64,000 nucleotides of DNA from Nannocystis bainbridge. Lineage in GTDB: Bacteria > Myxococcota_A > Polyangia > Nannocystales > Nannocystaceae. Under the pieces are notes generated by a model. That model worked only from the letters and a program-made list of their open reading frames with translations. It made no database searches and was not told the DNA's origin. A program made the translations under genes and the position numbers. Of the stretch, positions 45,722 to 54,275 are shown one piece after another; within the stretch, counting starts at the first letter, position 1, and each line of letters opens with the position of its first letter. The stretch lies in assembly GCF_028368995.1 (NCBI RefSeq), contig NZ_JAQNDL010000001.1, positions 2,464,001 through 2,528,000 on the forward strand, read 5' to 3'.

Positions 45722-46711
45722 ATGCTGCTTCCACGGTTCCTCCTGACCATCCTGCCGCTCGCTGCGGTCGCGGGCGGCTGTGGCGAGGAATGTCCGCGGT
45801 GGGAGAGCGAGCCGCTCGATCCGCGGATCTCCAGGATCGACGGCAACGTCGGGATCGCCGAATCCGGCGAAGTCTTCTACCCCGCCCCGGACGGCGGCCA
45901 GGTGTTTACCTTCCAGGTCTACACCGAACTCGGGACGCCGCTGTACGGCCTCGCCGGCAATCAACCCACCATGTTGGCCGCGGGTGAGGCCGGGGCGATC
46001 TTCTTCTCGGAGTCGCCGAACACGACCTGGGAACGAGCCATCACGCCGTCGATCGCGGAGGACCTGCTGGCGGTCCGGATCACCTGCCAGATCGCCGAGG
46101 GCACGGCGATCATGTCCGAGGTCGCGGTCGCGGTCGGCGAATCCGGGCGGATCGTTCGCAGCACCTCGAGCGGGATGGCCTGGGAGCTCGTCGAGTCGCC
46201 GACCTCCCGCACGCTCCGCAGCGTCGCCACCGGTATCGGCGAGCAATCCGACATCGTCGTCGCCGTCGGTGACGCCGGCACGATCGTGCGCTCGGCCGAC
46301 CAGGGCGCGACCTGGGAAACAATCACTTCCGGCACCGCGCAGGACCTCGCGTGGGTCGACTTCATCACGCCGTGCCATGTCGAGGCCAGTCACTGGGACC
46401 GGCCGTGGTGGGGGCTCGCCGTCGGTGCTGGAGGCACGGTGTTGCGCTCCATCGATGACGGCCTCTCGTGGCAGGCGCTCGACCTCGGCATCTCCGACGA
46501 CCTCCGGCAAGTGCACGTCCACAGCGACACCCTCTTCCTCGGTGAAGGTCGTCTGTGGCGCTGGGGAGGCAACCTCGATCTCCCCATGGTCTTCCACGAC
46601 TTCGAGCAGGCGATCGACTGGTACGCCGACGATCCGAATCGCCCGAAGACCGGCGGCGAGGGCCAGCTGTTCTGGCTGCGGAAAGGCGGCTACTGCCCGA
46701 ACTCGAACTGA
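45722..46711 (+). CDS. YCF48/BNR repeat lipoprotein (paralog of 40617-41600)
   Basis: Shares CPRWE.EPLDPRISR and FYPAPD.G; Asp-box repeats. Confidence 0.8.
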   Translation: MLLPRFLLTILPLAAVAGGCGEECPRWESEPLDPRISRIDGNVGIAESGEVFYPAPDGGQVFTFQVYTELGTPLYGLAGNQPTMLAAGEAGAIFFSESPNTTWERAITPSIAEDLLAVRITCQIAEGTAIMSEVAVAVGESGRIVRSTSSGMAWELVESPTSRTLRSVATGIGEQSDIVVAVGDAGTIVRSADQGATWETITSGTAQDLAWVDFITPCHVEASHWDRPWWGLAVGAGGTVLRSIDDGLSWQALDLGISDDLRQVHVHSDTLFLGEGRLWRWGGNLDLPMVFHDFEQAIDWYADDPNRPKTGGEGQLFWLRKGGYCPNSN

Positions 46712-46715
46712 CGCG

Positions 46716-47654
46716 TCAGCGCACCCGTCGCCGGCGCCATGCCAGCCCGACGACCACCAGCCCGGACAAGCCCGCTCCATCACCGCCGCCGCGGCAGCCG
46801 CAGCCCTCCTTGCCCGTGTCCGTGGCCCCGTCGCCCGCGCTCGCCCCGTCACTCGTGGTGGTGTCCGGTGCCTCGCTCGGCAAGCTGTCGGCCCCGCTGA
46901 TCTCCGACGTCGACTCGCTGTCACTCGTCGAAGTCGTCGACTCCCCGCTCGTGCCCTCGCCCGTCGTCGTCGGCAGCCCCGTGCTCGTCGCTTCACCCGT
47001 CGTCGCTTCGCCGCCCGTGTCGCTCGTGGTCGTCCCGGGCTCGCCCGTCGTGTCCCCGCTCGTCTCGCCGGTCGTCGACTCCCCGCCGGTCGTCTCCTCG
47101 CCGAGCGGCGCCGGCGGCTCGTACGTGCTGCCCGGCTCGACCAGCGTGATGACCATGCGGACTTCGGTTGGCATGTAAAGCGCCGCCGTCTCGGGCCCGA
47201 CGTTGTCGGCCGACGGCTTGCCGTTCATCGTGTCCTTGAGGATGCACGCGAACTTGTTGACGCCCTGCTTCCAGTCGACGAACTGGTTCGGCGGCGACCA
47301 GAACTGCGCGAACGTCGACTCCCACGCGTAGATCCCGACCTCGGTGTACGTCGGCGACTGCAGCGTGCACGCGTACGTCGGGTTGGCCTCGAAGCACACC
47401 TGGAACTTCGTCTCCTGCGCCGTCGGCTTGCTCAGCACCTCGAGGTGGACCCACACCGAGCCCTTCGTCCAGTCGATCGGGCTCGTCCAGTCCGTCGGCA
47501 CCTCTCCCGTCGGCATCACCCGGTAGTGCGAATCGGCGAGCTCGGGCGCGTGCACCCACGTCTCGTCCATCACCACCAATTGCCCCGCCTGCGCCTCCCA
47601 GCTCGTCGCCGCGACGCCTGCCGCGATTGCGAGCGCCAGTCCCTTCGTGCTCAT
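46716..47654 (-). CDS. MYXO-CTERM surface protein with Ser/Thr linker
   Basis: Signal peptide ending AQA; tail GCGCRG...LAWRRRRVR. Confidence 0.8.
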   Translation of the reverse strand: MSTKGLALAIAAGVAATSWEAQAGQLVVMDETWVHAPELADSHYRVMPTGEVPTDWTSPIDWTKGSVWVHLEVLSKPTAQETKFQVCFEANPTYACTLQSPTYTEVGIYAWESTFAQFWSPPNQFVDWKQGVNKFACILKDTMNGKPSADNVGPETAALYMPTEVRMVITLVEPGSTYEPPAPLGEETTGGESTTGETSGDTTGEPGTTTSDTGGEATTGEATSTGLPTTTGEGTSGESTTSTSDSESTSEISGADSLPSEAPDTTTSDGASAGDGATDTGKEGCGCRGGGDGAGLSGLVVVGLAWRRRRVR

Positions 47655-47778
47655 GCCGGCCAAAGTATCGACCACGGCGGACCCTCGCCACCGCGATCGT
47701 CGTGCGCGCGGACGGGGCCGCGCCCGCGACGCGTGGGGGCCGCGCCCCACTCGGCGATCGCCGGGCCTGCAGACGCGC

Positions 47779-48762
47779 TCACGAGCGCTTGTACGTCAGC
47801 GCGTACTTGAGCGGCTCCGGCAGCCGGCTCGACGTGATCGTCACGCTCATCGTCAGCCTGTCGCCCGTCTCGTCGAGCGTGAACGTGCTGCGGCGCCCGC
47901 CGTCGTCGGCCTTGAAGTCCATCACCAGGCGACCCTTGACGATCGAGAACGCGACCGTCAGCGGCGAGCCGTCGTCGGAGGTCCACGCCACCGCCGAGCC
48001 GCCGATCGTGCCCGTGACCGTGCGCCCCGCGGCGAACGTCGCAGTCACTCTGGTGCCGTCGACCGCGAACGTGATCTGATCGCGGATGGGGTTGGCCGCG
48101 GTGAGCCGCTTGCGGCCGATCCCGCGGATCAGCGCGTTCAGCTGCTGCACCGTCGTCTCGATCGCCTCGGTCAGCTTGGTGCGCTGGGCCTCGCCGCCGG
48201 CGTAGCGGAACGTCCCGGCGAAGCGCGCCTGCTCGGGCTGGGCCGGCGCCGCCGGGGCTGGCGCGGGCGTCGGTGCAGGCGTCGGCGCGGGCGTCGGCGC
48301 GGGCGTCGGTTGCGGGATGTCCTTCGGGACAGGTTCCACCGGCGCGGGCGTCGTCGGTGACTTGTCCTTCGGGACAGGTTGATTCTCGCCCGTCGGCTTG
48401 ACCTTCTTCGCCGGCGCCGCCTTCTCGCCGTCCGGCTTGACCTCGGCGACCGCGCTCGCGGGGGTCGGCTCCGCGGTCGTCGGCCCCGGCTCACCCGCCA
48501 CCGTCGTCGGCGCCGGCTCGCCCGCCACCGCCGTCGTCGGCGCCGGTTCGGCGGCCGCGATCACCGGCACGGTCTTCGCCTCCTCCGCCGCGTCCTCGAC
48601 CTCCGCCTTGGCCCCCTTGGCCTCGTCGGCGAACGGATCGTCGAACTCCTCGGGCGCGGCCGCGGGCGCCGGCGGGGGCGTTGCTTCACCGCATCCGACA
48701 GCGAGGACGGTCGCGCACACGAGGACTCGGCGGAGCGGAACCAGGAGCATCCTCGCCACCAT
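47779..48762 (-). CDS. Pro/Ala-rich lipoprotein
   Basis: Lipobox LAVGC, PTPA repeats, globular C-terminal domain. Confidence 0.75.
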   Translation of the reverse strand: MVARMLLVPLRRVLVCATVLAVGCGEATPPPAPAAAPEEFDDPFADEAKGAKAEVEDAAEEAKTVPVIAAAEPAPTTAVAGEPAPTTVAGEPGPTTAEPTPASAVAEVKPDGEKAAPAKKVKPTGENQPVPKDKSPTTPAPVEPVPKDIPQPTPAPTPAPTPAPTPAPAPAAPAQPEQARFAGTFRYAGGEAQRTKLTEAIETTVQQLNALIRGIGRKRLTAANPIRDQITFAVDGTRVTATFAAGRTVTGTIGGSAVAWTSDDGSPLTVAFSIVKGRLVMDFKADDGGRRSTFTLDETGDRLTMSVTITSSRLPEPLKYALTYKRS

Positions 48763-48885
48763 AGCAGCGAACCCACGCGGTCGCGCGCTCGGGCATCGCC
48801 CGACGAACGCCGCGACCGGGGCCTTTCGGCCAGGTCACGTCGCTCCTCGTGCACGCAGGAGCTCGCGGCGCGCCCTCCTCGCGCC

Positions 48886-49415
48886 TCAACTCGACCCGAC
48901 CGCCGCGACTTCCTTCTTCGCCAGCCACGGGCTCGACTCGGCCGGCGCCAGGCTCTGCAGCGTCTCGTCGATCCCCGCCGAATCGGCGGCGTCCGCCAGC
49001 TCCGGGATGCTCTCGTGGTCCCGCAGCCAGATCCCCTCGCGCACCCCCACCGACGCGTCGAACTCCGGCAGGAACACCGCGATTCGCCCGCTGCGCCCGC
49101 GGATCGGCTGCTTCGGCGCCTGCACGAAGCGCACCGGCCCGCGGATCCGCGAGCGCGTCGACTCCGACACCACGATCGGGCTCGCCAGCTGCTTCGTCAG
49201 CGCCTCGAGCCGCGACGCCACATTGACCACGTCGCCGATCGCCGTGTACTCGCGGCGGCGCGGCGAGCCGATGTCGCCGACGATCACCCGCCCGCTGTGC
49301 AGCGCGACCCCGATCTTCAGCGGCGGCCCCCCGGCGCCCTCGCGGCGGAGGTTGAACCGGCGCAGCGCCTCTTGCATGTGCAGCGCGCACCACATCGCCC
49401 GGTCGGCGTGATGCC
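48886..49415 (-). pseudogene. Truncated class III adenylate/guanylate cyclase (C-terminal half)
   Basis: KIGVALHSG...GDIGS...EYTAIGDVVNVASRLE present; N-terminal FxDIxGFT and KFIGD motifs absent. Confidence 0.7.
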
Positions 49416-49576
49416 GAGCCGGGACCAGTTCATCGCAGTCGCCGTGGATCATACGCCCTCGATCCATCGACCGATCGTGCGAGGCGCTCGCGCGTGCGCG
49501 CGGCATCCGGTCAAGGTTGTGTAAAAGCCCACGCGGCCCTGCAGCGGCCTCGTCGTGTCACGCGTACGGTGCGGAC

Positions 49577-50761
49577 ATGCGTCACCGCCCCATGGAAGTC
49601 CTCGCCGCCAGCGCCATCGCCGTCTGCTGCCTCGCCCTGGCGCTTCATCCCACGCTGCGCAGCCCTGTCGAGCCCGCCGCGGCGCCGACCTTCGAGACGG
49701 TCCCGACGGTCGTCCAGACACCGACGCAACCGTCCGCGGCCGCGCGCCCCCGCATCGACGTCGTGTTCGTCCTCGACACCACGGGAAGCATGTCGGGGCT
49801 CATCGAGGGCGCGAAGCAGAAGATTTGGGCGATCGCCAACCGCCTCGCATCGGGCGAGCCACGACCCGAGCTGCGCATCGGCCTCGTCGCCTACCGCGAT
49901 CTCGGTGACGAATACGTCACGAAGCGGTTCGACTTCTCGAGCGACATGGACGCCGTCTACGCCGAGCTGCTCGGCTACGAGGTCGGTGGCGGCGGCGATC
50001 ATCCCGAGCACGTCGGCCGCGGCCTCGAGGACGCCATCGACCGCATGCAGTGGAGCGACGGCGACAAGGCCCTGCGCCTCGTCTTCCTCGTCGGCGACGC
50101 CCCGCCGCACGACGATTATGGCGACGACCCGACCACCGCCGAGCTGGCCAAACGCGCCGCCGGGCGCGGCATCGTCATCAACACCGTGCAGTGCGGCCTG
50201 TCGCCCGAGGCCGAGACCGCGTGGCGAGCGATCGCCGCCGCCACCAACGGCGAGTACAGCCAGATCGCCCAGAACGGCGGCGTCGTCGCCGTCGCCACGC
50301 CCTTCGACGGGCGCCTGCAGCAGCTCAACAACCAGCTCTCCGCCACCGTGCTCACCTGGGGCAGCCACGGCGACAAGCTGAACGCGCAGGTCAAGCTCGG
50401 CAACCGCATGGCGATGTCGGCCAGCGCCGCCGCCGAGGCTGCCAGCTACAGCGCCAAGATCGATCGCATGAACAACGAGGACCTGCTCGGCGCGCTCGAC
50501 GGCGGCCAGGCCCTCGTCGACATCCCGACCGACCAGCTGCCCGACGTCATGAAGACGATGACGCAGCAGCAGCAGGTCACCCACGTGGCCGACATCCGCC
50601 GCCAGCGGACCGCCGTGAACGAGGAGATCCGCGCCCTCTCGGTCCAGCGCGACGCCTTCCTGCGCGACGCCGAGAAGGCCGCCGGCGTCGGCGGCGGCTT
50701 CGACGGGAACGTCACCGAGACCCTGCGCCGCCAGGCCGCCTCGATCGGCGTCTCGTACTGA
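49577..50761 (+). CDS. vWA domain protein (secreted or membrane-anchored)
   Basis: DVVFVLDTTGSM, GLVAYRD, GGGDHPE, LVGDAPPH. Confidence 0.88.
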   Translation: MRHRPMEVLAASAIAVCCLALALHPTLRSPVEPAAAPTFETVPTVVQTPTQPSAAARPRIDVVFVLDTTGSMSGLIEGAKQKIWAIANRLASGEPRPELRIGLVAYRDLGDEYVTKRFDFSSDMDAVYAELLGYEVGGGGDHPEHVGRGLEDAIDRMQWSDGDKALRLVFLVGDAPPHDDYGDDPTTAELAKRAAGRGIVINTVQCGLSPEAETAWRAIAAATNGEYSQIAQNGGVVAVATPFDGRLQQLNNQLSATVLTWGSHGDKLNAQVKLGNRMAMSASAAAEAASYSAKIDRMNNEDLLGALDGGQALVDIPTDQLPDVMKTMTQQQQVTHVADIRRQRTAVNEEIRALSVQRDAFLRDAEKAAGVGGGFDGNVTETLRRQAASIGVSY

Positions 50762-50766
50762 ACCTT

Positions 50767-50885
50767 TTACATGTCACATTGGACATGTCCTATATGCCAT
50801 GTCCAATGCGACATGTCATCGCTCGCAGCGAGCGGACGGCCGTGACGCCACCCGACCTTCGGGACATGTCCCCGAAAACATCCGC
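50767..50885. repeat. 14-bp-period decamer arrays (5 units plus 2 units)
   Basis: CATG 50770, 50784, 50798, 50812; CAGC 50826; then CATG 50865 and CATC 50879. Confidence 0.85.
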
Positions 50886-51010
50886 GGGCGACCGCGTCAT
50901 GCGCCGCCGTGGCGGGCGGACGGGCGCTCGTCGGGGCGGGCGCGGCCTGGTGGCGCGGTCCAGCACGCCCGCGCTTGACGGCCGTGCGCGCTCGTCAATC
51001 TTGCCGGGCC

Positions 51011-51601
51011 ATGAGAGCCGTCCACCTGTCCCTCTGGGTGTTGCTTGCGACTGGCGCGGGCTGCCACAAGACCTCGGCCGACCGACCGGTCGAGCACCCG
51101 GAGGATGTCGCCGAGCGCGTCGACGACGCCCTCGTCGCCGAGGCCGAGGAGCGCAGGTCGTTGCCGCCTGCCACCGCCATCCCGGGCGAGCCCGCGGGCG
51201 AGCGGCCGCTCGAGATCACCGGCGTCTTCATCGACGTCCCGCTCGCCACGGCTTGTGGCATCCCCCTCGCGCCCGAGGCCTACTTCGAGTTCGACGTCGC
51301 CGCGCGAGCCCCGGAGAACAACATCCTTCTGCGGCGCGTCGCCGAGTGCCTGACCACCGGCCCGCTGAACGACCGCAGGATCGAGCTGCGGGGTTACAGC
51401 GACCCGCGCGGTGGCGACGGCTACGGCGACCGGCTCGGCATGTCGCGCGCTCAGTCTGTCAGCGAGTTCCTCGCCATGCAGGGCGTCGACCCCGAGAGCA
51501 TCGTCGTGCGCGCCGCCGGAGAGGCCGGCGCTGCGCCCGAGGCTCCTAGTGATTGGCCCTACGAGCGGCGCGTCGACGTCGTCCTGCTCCCGACCGAGTG
51601 A
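51011..51601 (+). CDS. OmpA-family peptidoglycan-binding lipoprotein
   Basis: Lipobox GAGC; IELRGYSDPRG...LGMSRAQSV...RRVDV. Confidence 0.85.
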   Translation: MRAVHLSLWVLLATGAGCHKTSADRPVEHPEDVAERVDDALVAEAEERRSLPPATAIPGEPAGERPLEITGVFIDVPLATACGIPLAPEAYFEFDVAARAPENNILLRRVAECLTTGPLNDRRIELRGYSDPRGGDGYGDRLGMSRAQSVSEFLAMQGVDPESIVVRAAGEAGAAPEAPSDWPYERRVDVVLLPTE

Positions 51602-51671
51602 CATCGCTGCAGACGCCGCCGCTTGCCCGCGCCCCAACTTGGACAAGACTTGGAGTGCGGAGGAGATTCCG

Positions 51672-52514
51672 ATGACCCGGCGCAGACCACCCACCGACGA
51701 AGGATTCAGACACCCCGGCGATTTCGGACAGGGGCCGCGATTCCCCGGCGGATTCGCGGAATCACGTGCTCCTCTCGCCGATGCCTCGTACCAGGGCTAC
51801 GGCGCGTACGCGACGCTCGACGGCACTCGTGTCGACGAGTCCGAATACGCCGAGCTCGACTATACAGGCTTGGAGCTCGAGGCAGACCTCTCCCCTGACC
51901 ATACCGGCCGCGGCCCGCGCGGCTACCGTCGCAGCGACGAATCGATCCGCGACGACCTCCACGTCATCCTCACGGCGCACGACGAGATCGACGCCAGCGA
52001 CGTCGAGGTCCTCGTCGAGCGCGGCGAGGTGCTGCTGCGCGGCAACGTCCGCCGCCGCGCCACCAAGCGGCTGGTCGAGGACATCGCCTACCAGATCGGG
52101 GGGGTCCGCGACGTCACCAACCTGCTGCGGATCGGCCCGCCTGCGGCCCCACGACCGCAGCCCGAGCAGTTCGCCGACGACGACGTCGAGAGCAAGCTGC
52201 GCAGCACGACCAAGGACGATCACCCGTCGCGCCGCGACGCGTGGATCAGCGAGCACCTGCGCGACCGCGGCACCCTCGAGGAGGAGCTGCAGCGCACCCT
52301 CGACCGTCGTGATTTGCGCAGCCACGCGTACACCGGCCCGCGCGACACCTCGGCCGGCGAGCGCATCACCGCCCCCGAGCGGCCCCTCATCGTCCCCGAG
52401 CCGCGCTGGCCCGCGCCCACGGCCGTCGACGAGGAGGTCGAGCTCGAGAACAAGGACCTCGACGCCGAGGAGCTCAAGCTCGAGGACGTCGACGAGGACG
52501 CCACCGGATCATGA
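51672..52514 (+). CDS. BON domain protein
   Basis: GRGPRGYRRSDESIRDDL...GEVLLRGNV...GVRDVTNLL; GGAGGAG RBS. Confidence 0.85.
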   Translation: MTRRRPPTDEGFRHPGDFGQGPRFPGGFAESRAPLADASYQGYGAYATLDGTRVDESEYAELDYTGLELEADLSPDHTGRGPRGYRRSDESIRDDLHVILTAHDEIDASDVEVLVERGEVLLRGNVRRRATKRLVEDIAYQIGGVRDVTNLLRIGPPAAPRPQPEQFADDDVESKLRSTTKDDHPSRRDAWISEHLRDRGTLEEELQRTLDRRDLRSHAYTGPRDTSAGERITAPERPLIVPEPRWPAPTAVDEEVELENKDLDAEELKLEDVDEDATGS

Positions 52515-52563
52515 CCTGTCCGAAGGAGCATGCCCGACCGGGCATGTCCCTTCGCACATGTCC
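52512..52563. repeat. 14-bp-period decamer array (4 units) between convergent genes
   Basis: CCTG 52515; CATG 52529, 52543, 52557. Confidence 0.85.
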
Positions 52564-52571
52564 CGAGCGCC

Positions 52572-53987
52572 TCACGGTCCGTACTTGCGGACCCATACGT
52601 CGCTGTTGAGGCTCGGCGCCACCGTCACGGTGCCCGTCACCACCACCCCACCGTCGGGCGTCGCCGCCACGTCGGTGGCGCTGTCGTTCCCGCCGTTCAT
52701 GCCGGCGACGACGTCGGTCCAGATCACCGCGCCGTCGCCGTCGTAGCGGCGGATCCACAGGTCGACATCGTCCTCACCGACCGCGGTGCCGCCGGCCGCC
52801 ACGAAGCCGCCGCCCTCGACCGCCGCGATCGCCCTGGCGTCGTCGCTGCCCCCGAACTCGCCGGCGTAGGTGTCCGTCCACAGCACCTGGCCGGTGGCCT
52901 CGTACTTGCGCAGCCAGGCGTCCCCGTAGCCGCCGCCGGTGCCGGCGCGGCCCGCCACGTACACCACGCCGTCGAGGTCGACCGCGACGTCGAGCGCCCA
53001 ATCGTCGCCGCCCGTGCCGCCATCGACAGAGTCGCTCCACCCCGGCGCGCCGTCGGGCCCGAACTGCAGCACGAGGATGTCGAACCCCTGCGTCGCCGTC
53101 GCCTCACGCCCGACCGCGAACACGTTGCCCGCGCCGTCGACCGCCACGCCGCTCAGGAGATCGAGCCCGCCGCCCTCGCCGACGTGGGAATGCGACCACA
53201 GCTCGGCCCCGTCGGCGTCGTACTTGCGCAGCAGCCCGTCGGTGTCCTGACCCTGCTTGATGTTGCCGGCCACCACGAAGTCGCTGCCAGCCATCGCGAT
53301 CGACGCGCCGGCGACCGGCCCCGCGTCGGTGAACTGCCACACGAGCTGCCCGGTCGGCGTGCATTTGCTGAGCCAGAACAGGCCCGGCTGCCCCTGAGCG
53401 ATCGTCTGCCGACCGACCGCGACCATGAAACCGCTGGGCTCGGCCGCCAGCCGGATCGCCGAATCGGCGGCGTTGACTCCGCCGTCGTACTGCTGCGTCC
53501 ACTGGCTGACCCCGCCTGGGTCGAATTTTTGGATGCGCGCGTCGGGCCCGGCGATCATGTCGACCACGCTGGCGGCGATGTAGATCTCGCCGGCCGCGTC
53601 CACCGCGATCCCGCCCGCGAGGTCCTCGCCGTTCTTGGTGCCCTCGATGATCGCGGTCCAGCACACCTGCCCCGGCGCCACCTGTCCCTTGGTACAGGTA
53701 TTCGTGCAGCAGTCGTCGTCGATCTGGTTGCCGTCGTCGCACGCCTCGTCGGAGGTCACGATCCCGTCGCCGCACACCGGCACCGCGGGCTCGGTCGTCC
53801 CGGTGGTGCTGGCGGTCGGATCGACGGTCGGATCGGCGGTGACGGTGACCGGCTCGGCGGTGGTCGGCCCGGCGACGGTGCTCACGGTCGTCGTGTCCGT
53901 GGTCGTGCTCTCGCTGTCGCCCGCGAGCGGTGACGACTGACAGGCCAGCAGCGAGCACGCAGCGATGACGCGAGCTGGAATCGTCAT
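52572..53987 (-). CDS. Lipoprotein with myxococcal Cys-rich repeat (DUF4215-like) and beta-propeller repeats
   Basis: Lipobox LLAC, CGDGIVTSDEACDDGN...C, repeated VAVD..G.VYVAG...WLRKY. Confidence 0.85.
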   Translation of the reverse strand: MTIPARVIAACSLLACQSSPLAGDSESTTTDTTTVSTVAGPTTAEPVTVTADPTVDPTASTTGTTEPAVPVCGDGIVTSDEACDDGNQIDDDCCTNTCTKGQVAPGQVCWTAIIEGTKNGEDLAGGIAVDAAGEIYIAASVVDMIAGPDARIQKFDPGGVSQWTQQYDGGVNAADSAIRLAAEPSGFMVAVGRQTIAQGQPGLFWLSKCTPTGQLVWQFTDAGPVAGASIAMAGSDFVVAGNIKQGQDTDGLLRKYDADGAELWSHSHVGEGGGLDLLSGVAVDGAGNVFAVGREATATQGFDILVLQFGPDGAPGWSDSVDGGTGGDDWALDVAVDLDGVVYVAGRAGTGGGYGDAWLRKYEATGQVLWTDTYAGEFGGSDDARAIAAVEGGGFVAAGGTAVGEDDVDLWIRRYDGDGAVIWTDVVAGMNGGNDSATDVAATPDGGVVVTGTVTVAPSLNSDVWVRKYGP

Positions 53988-54275
53988 GATCGCCGAATCT
54001 AGACCATGGCCCTCGCCGGCGAAAGTCCGCGAGCTCGCGCGCGAGCGCCCGTGGGCCCCCAGACCCCCCGGCGAGCCGATCGCGGCGGCCTCAGCCGCCC
54101 CGCTGCCGCCTGCGCGCCGCGAGCTGGCGGCCCCTCGTTTGGCTTCGCTGCGAGTCCGCCCCCTGCGCGCCCGTTCGGCCGCCTCGTCGCATGGGCCGAT
54201 GCATCGGCAGCAGCGAGCGCTCCGCTCCGGGCGGCGCGCTCGCCGGGCCTGCAGCGCTATACCTCGCCACCTTTC

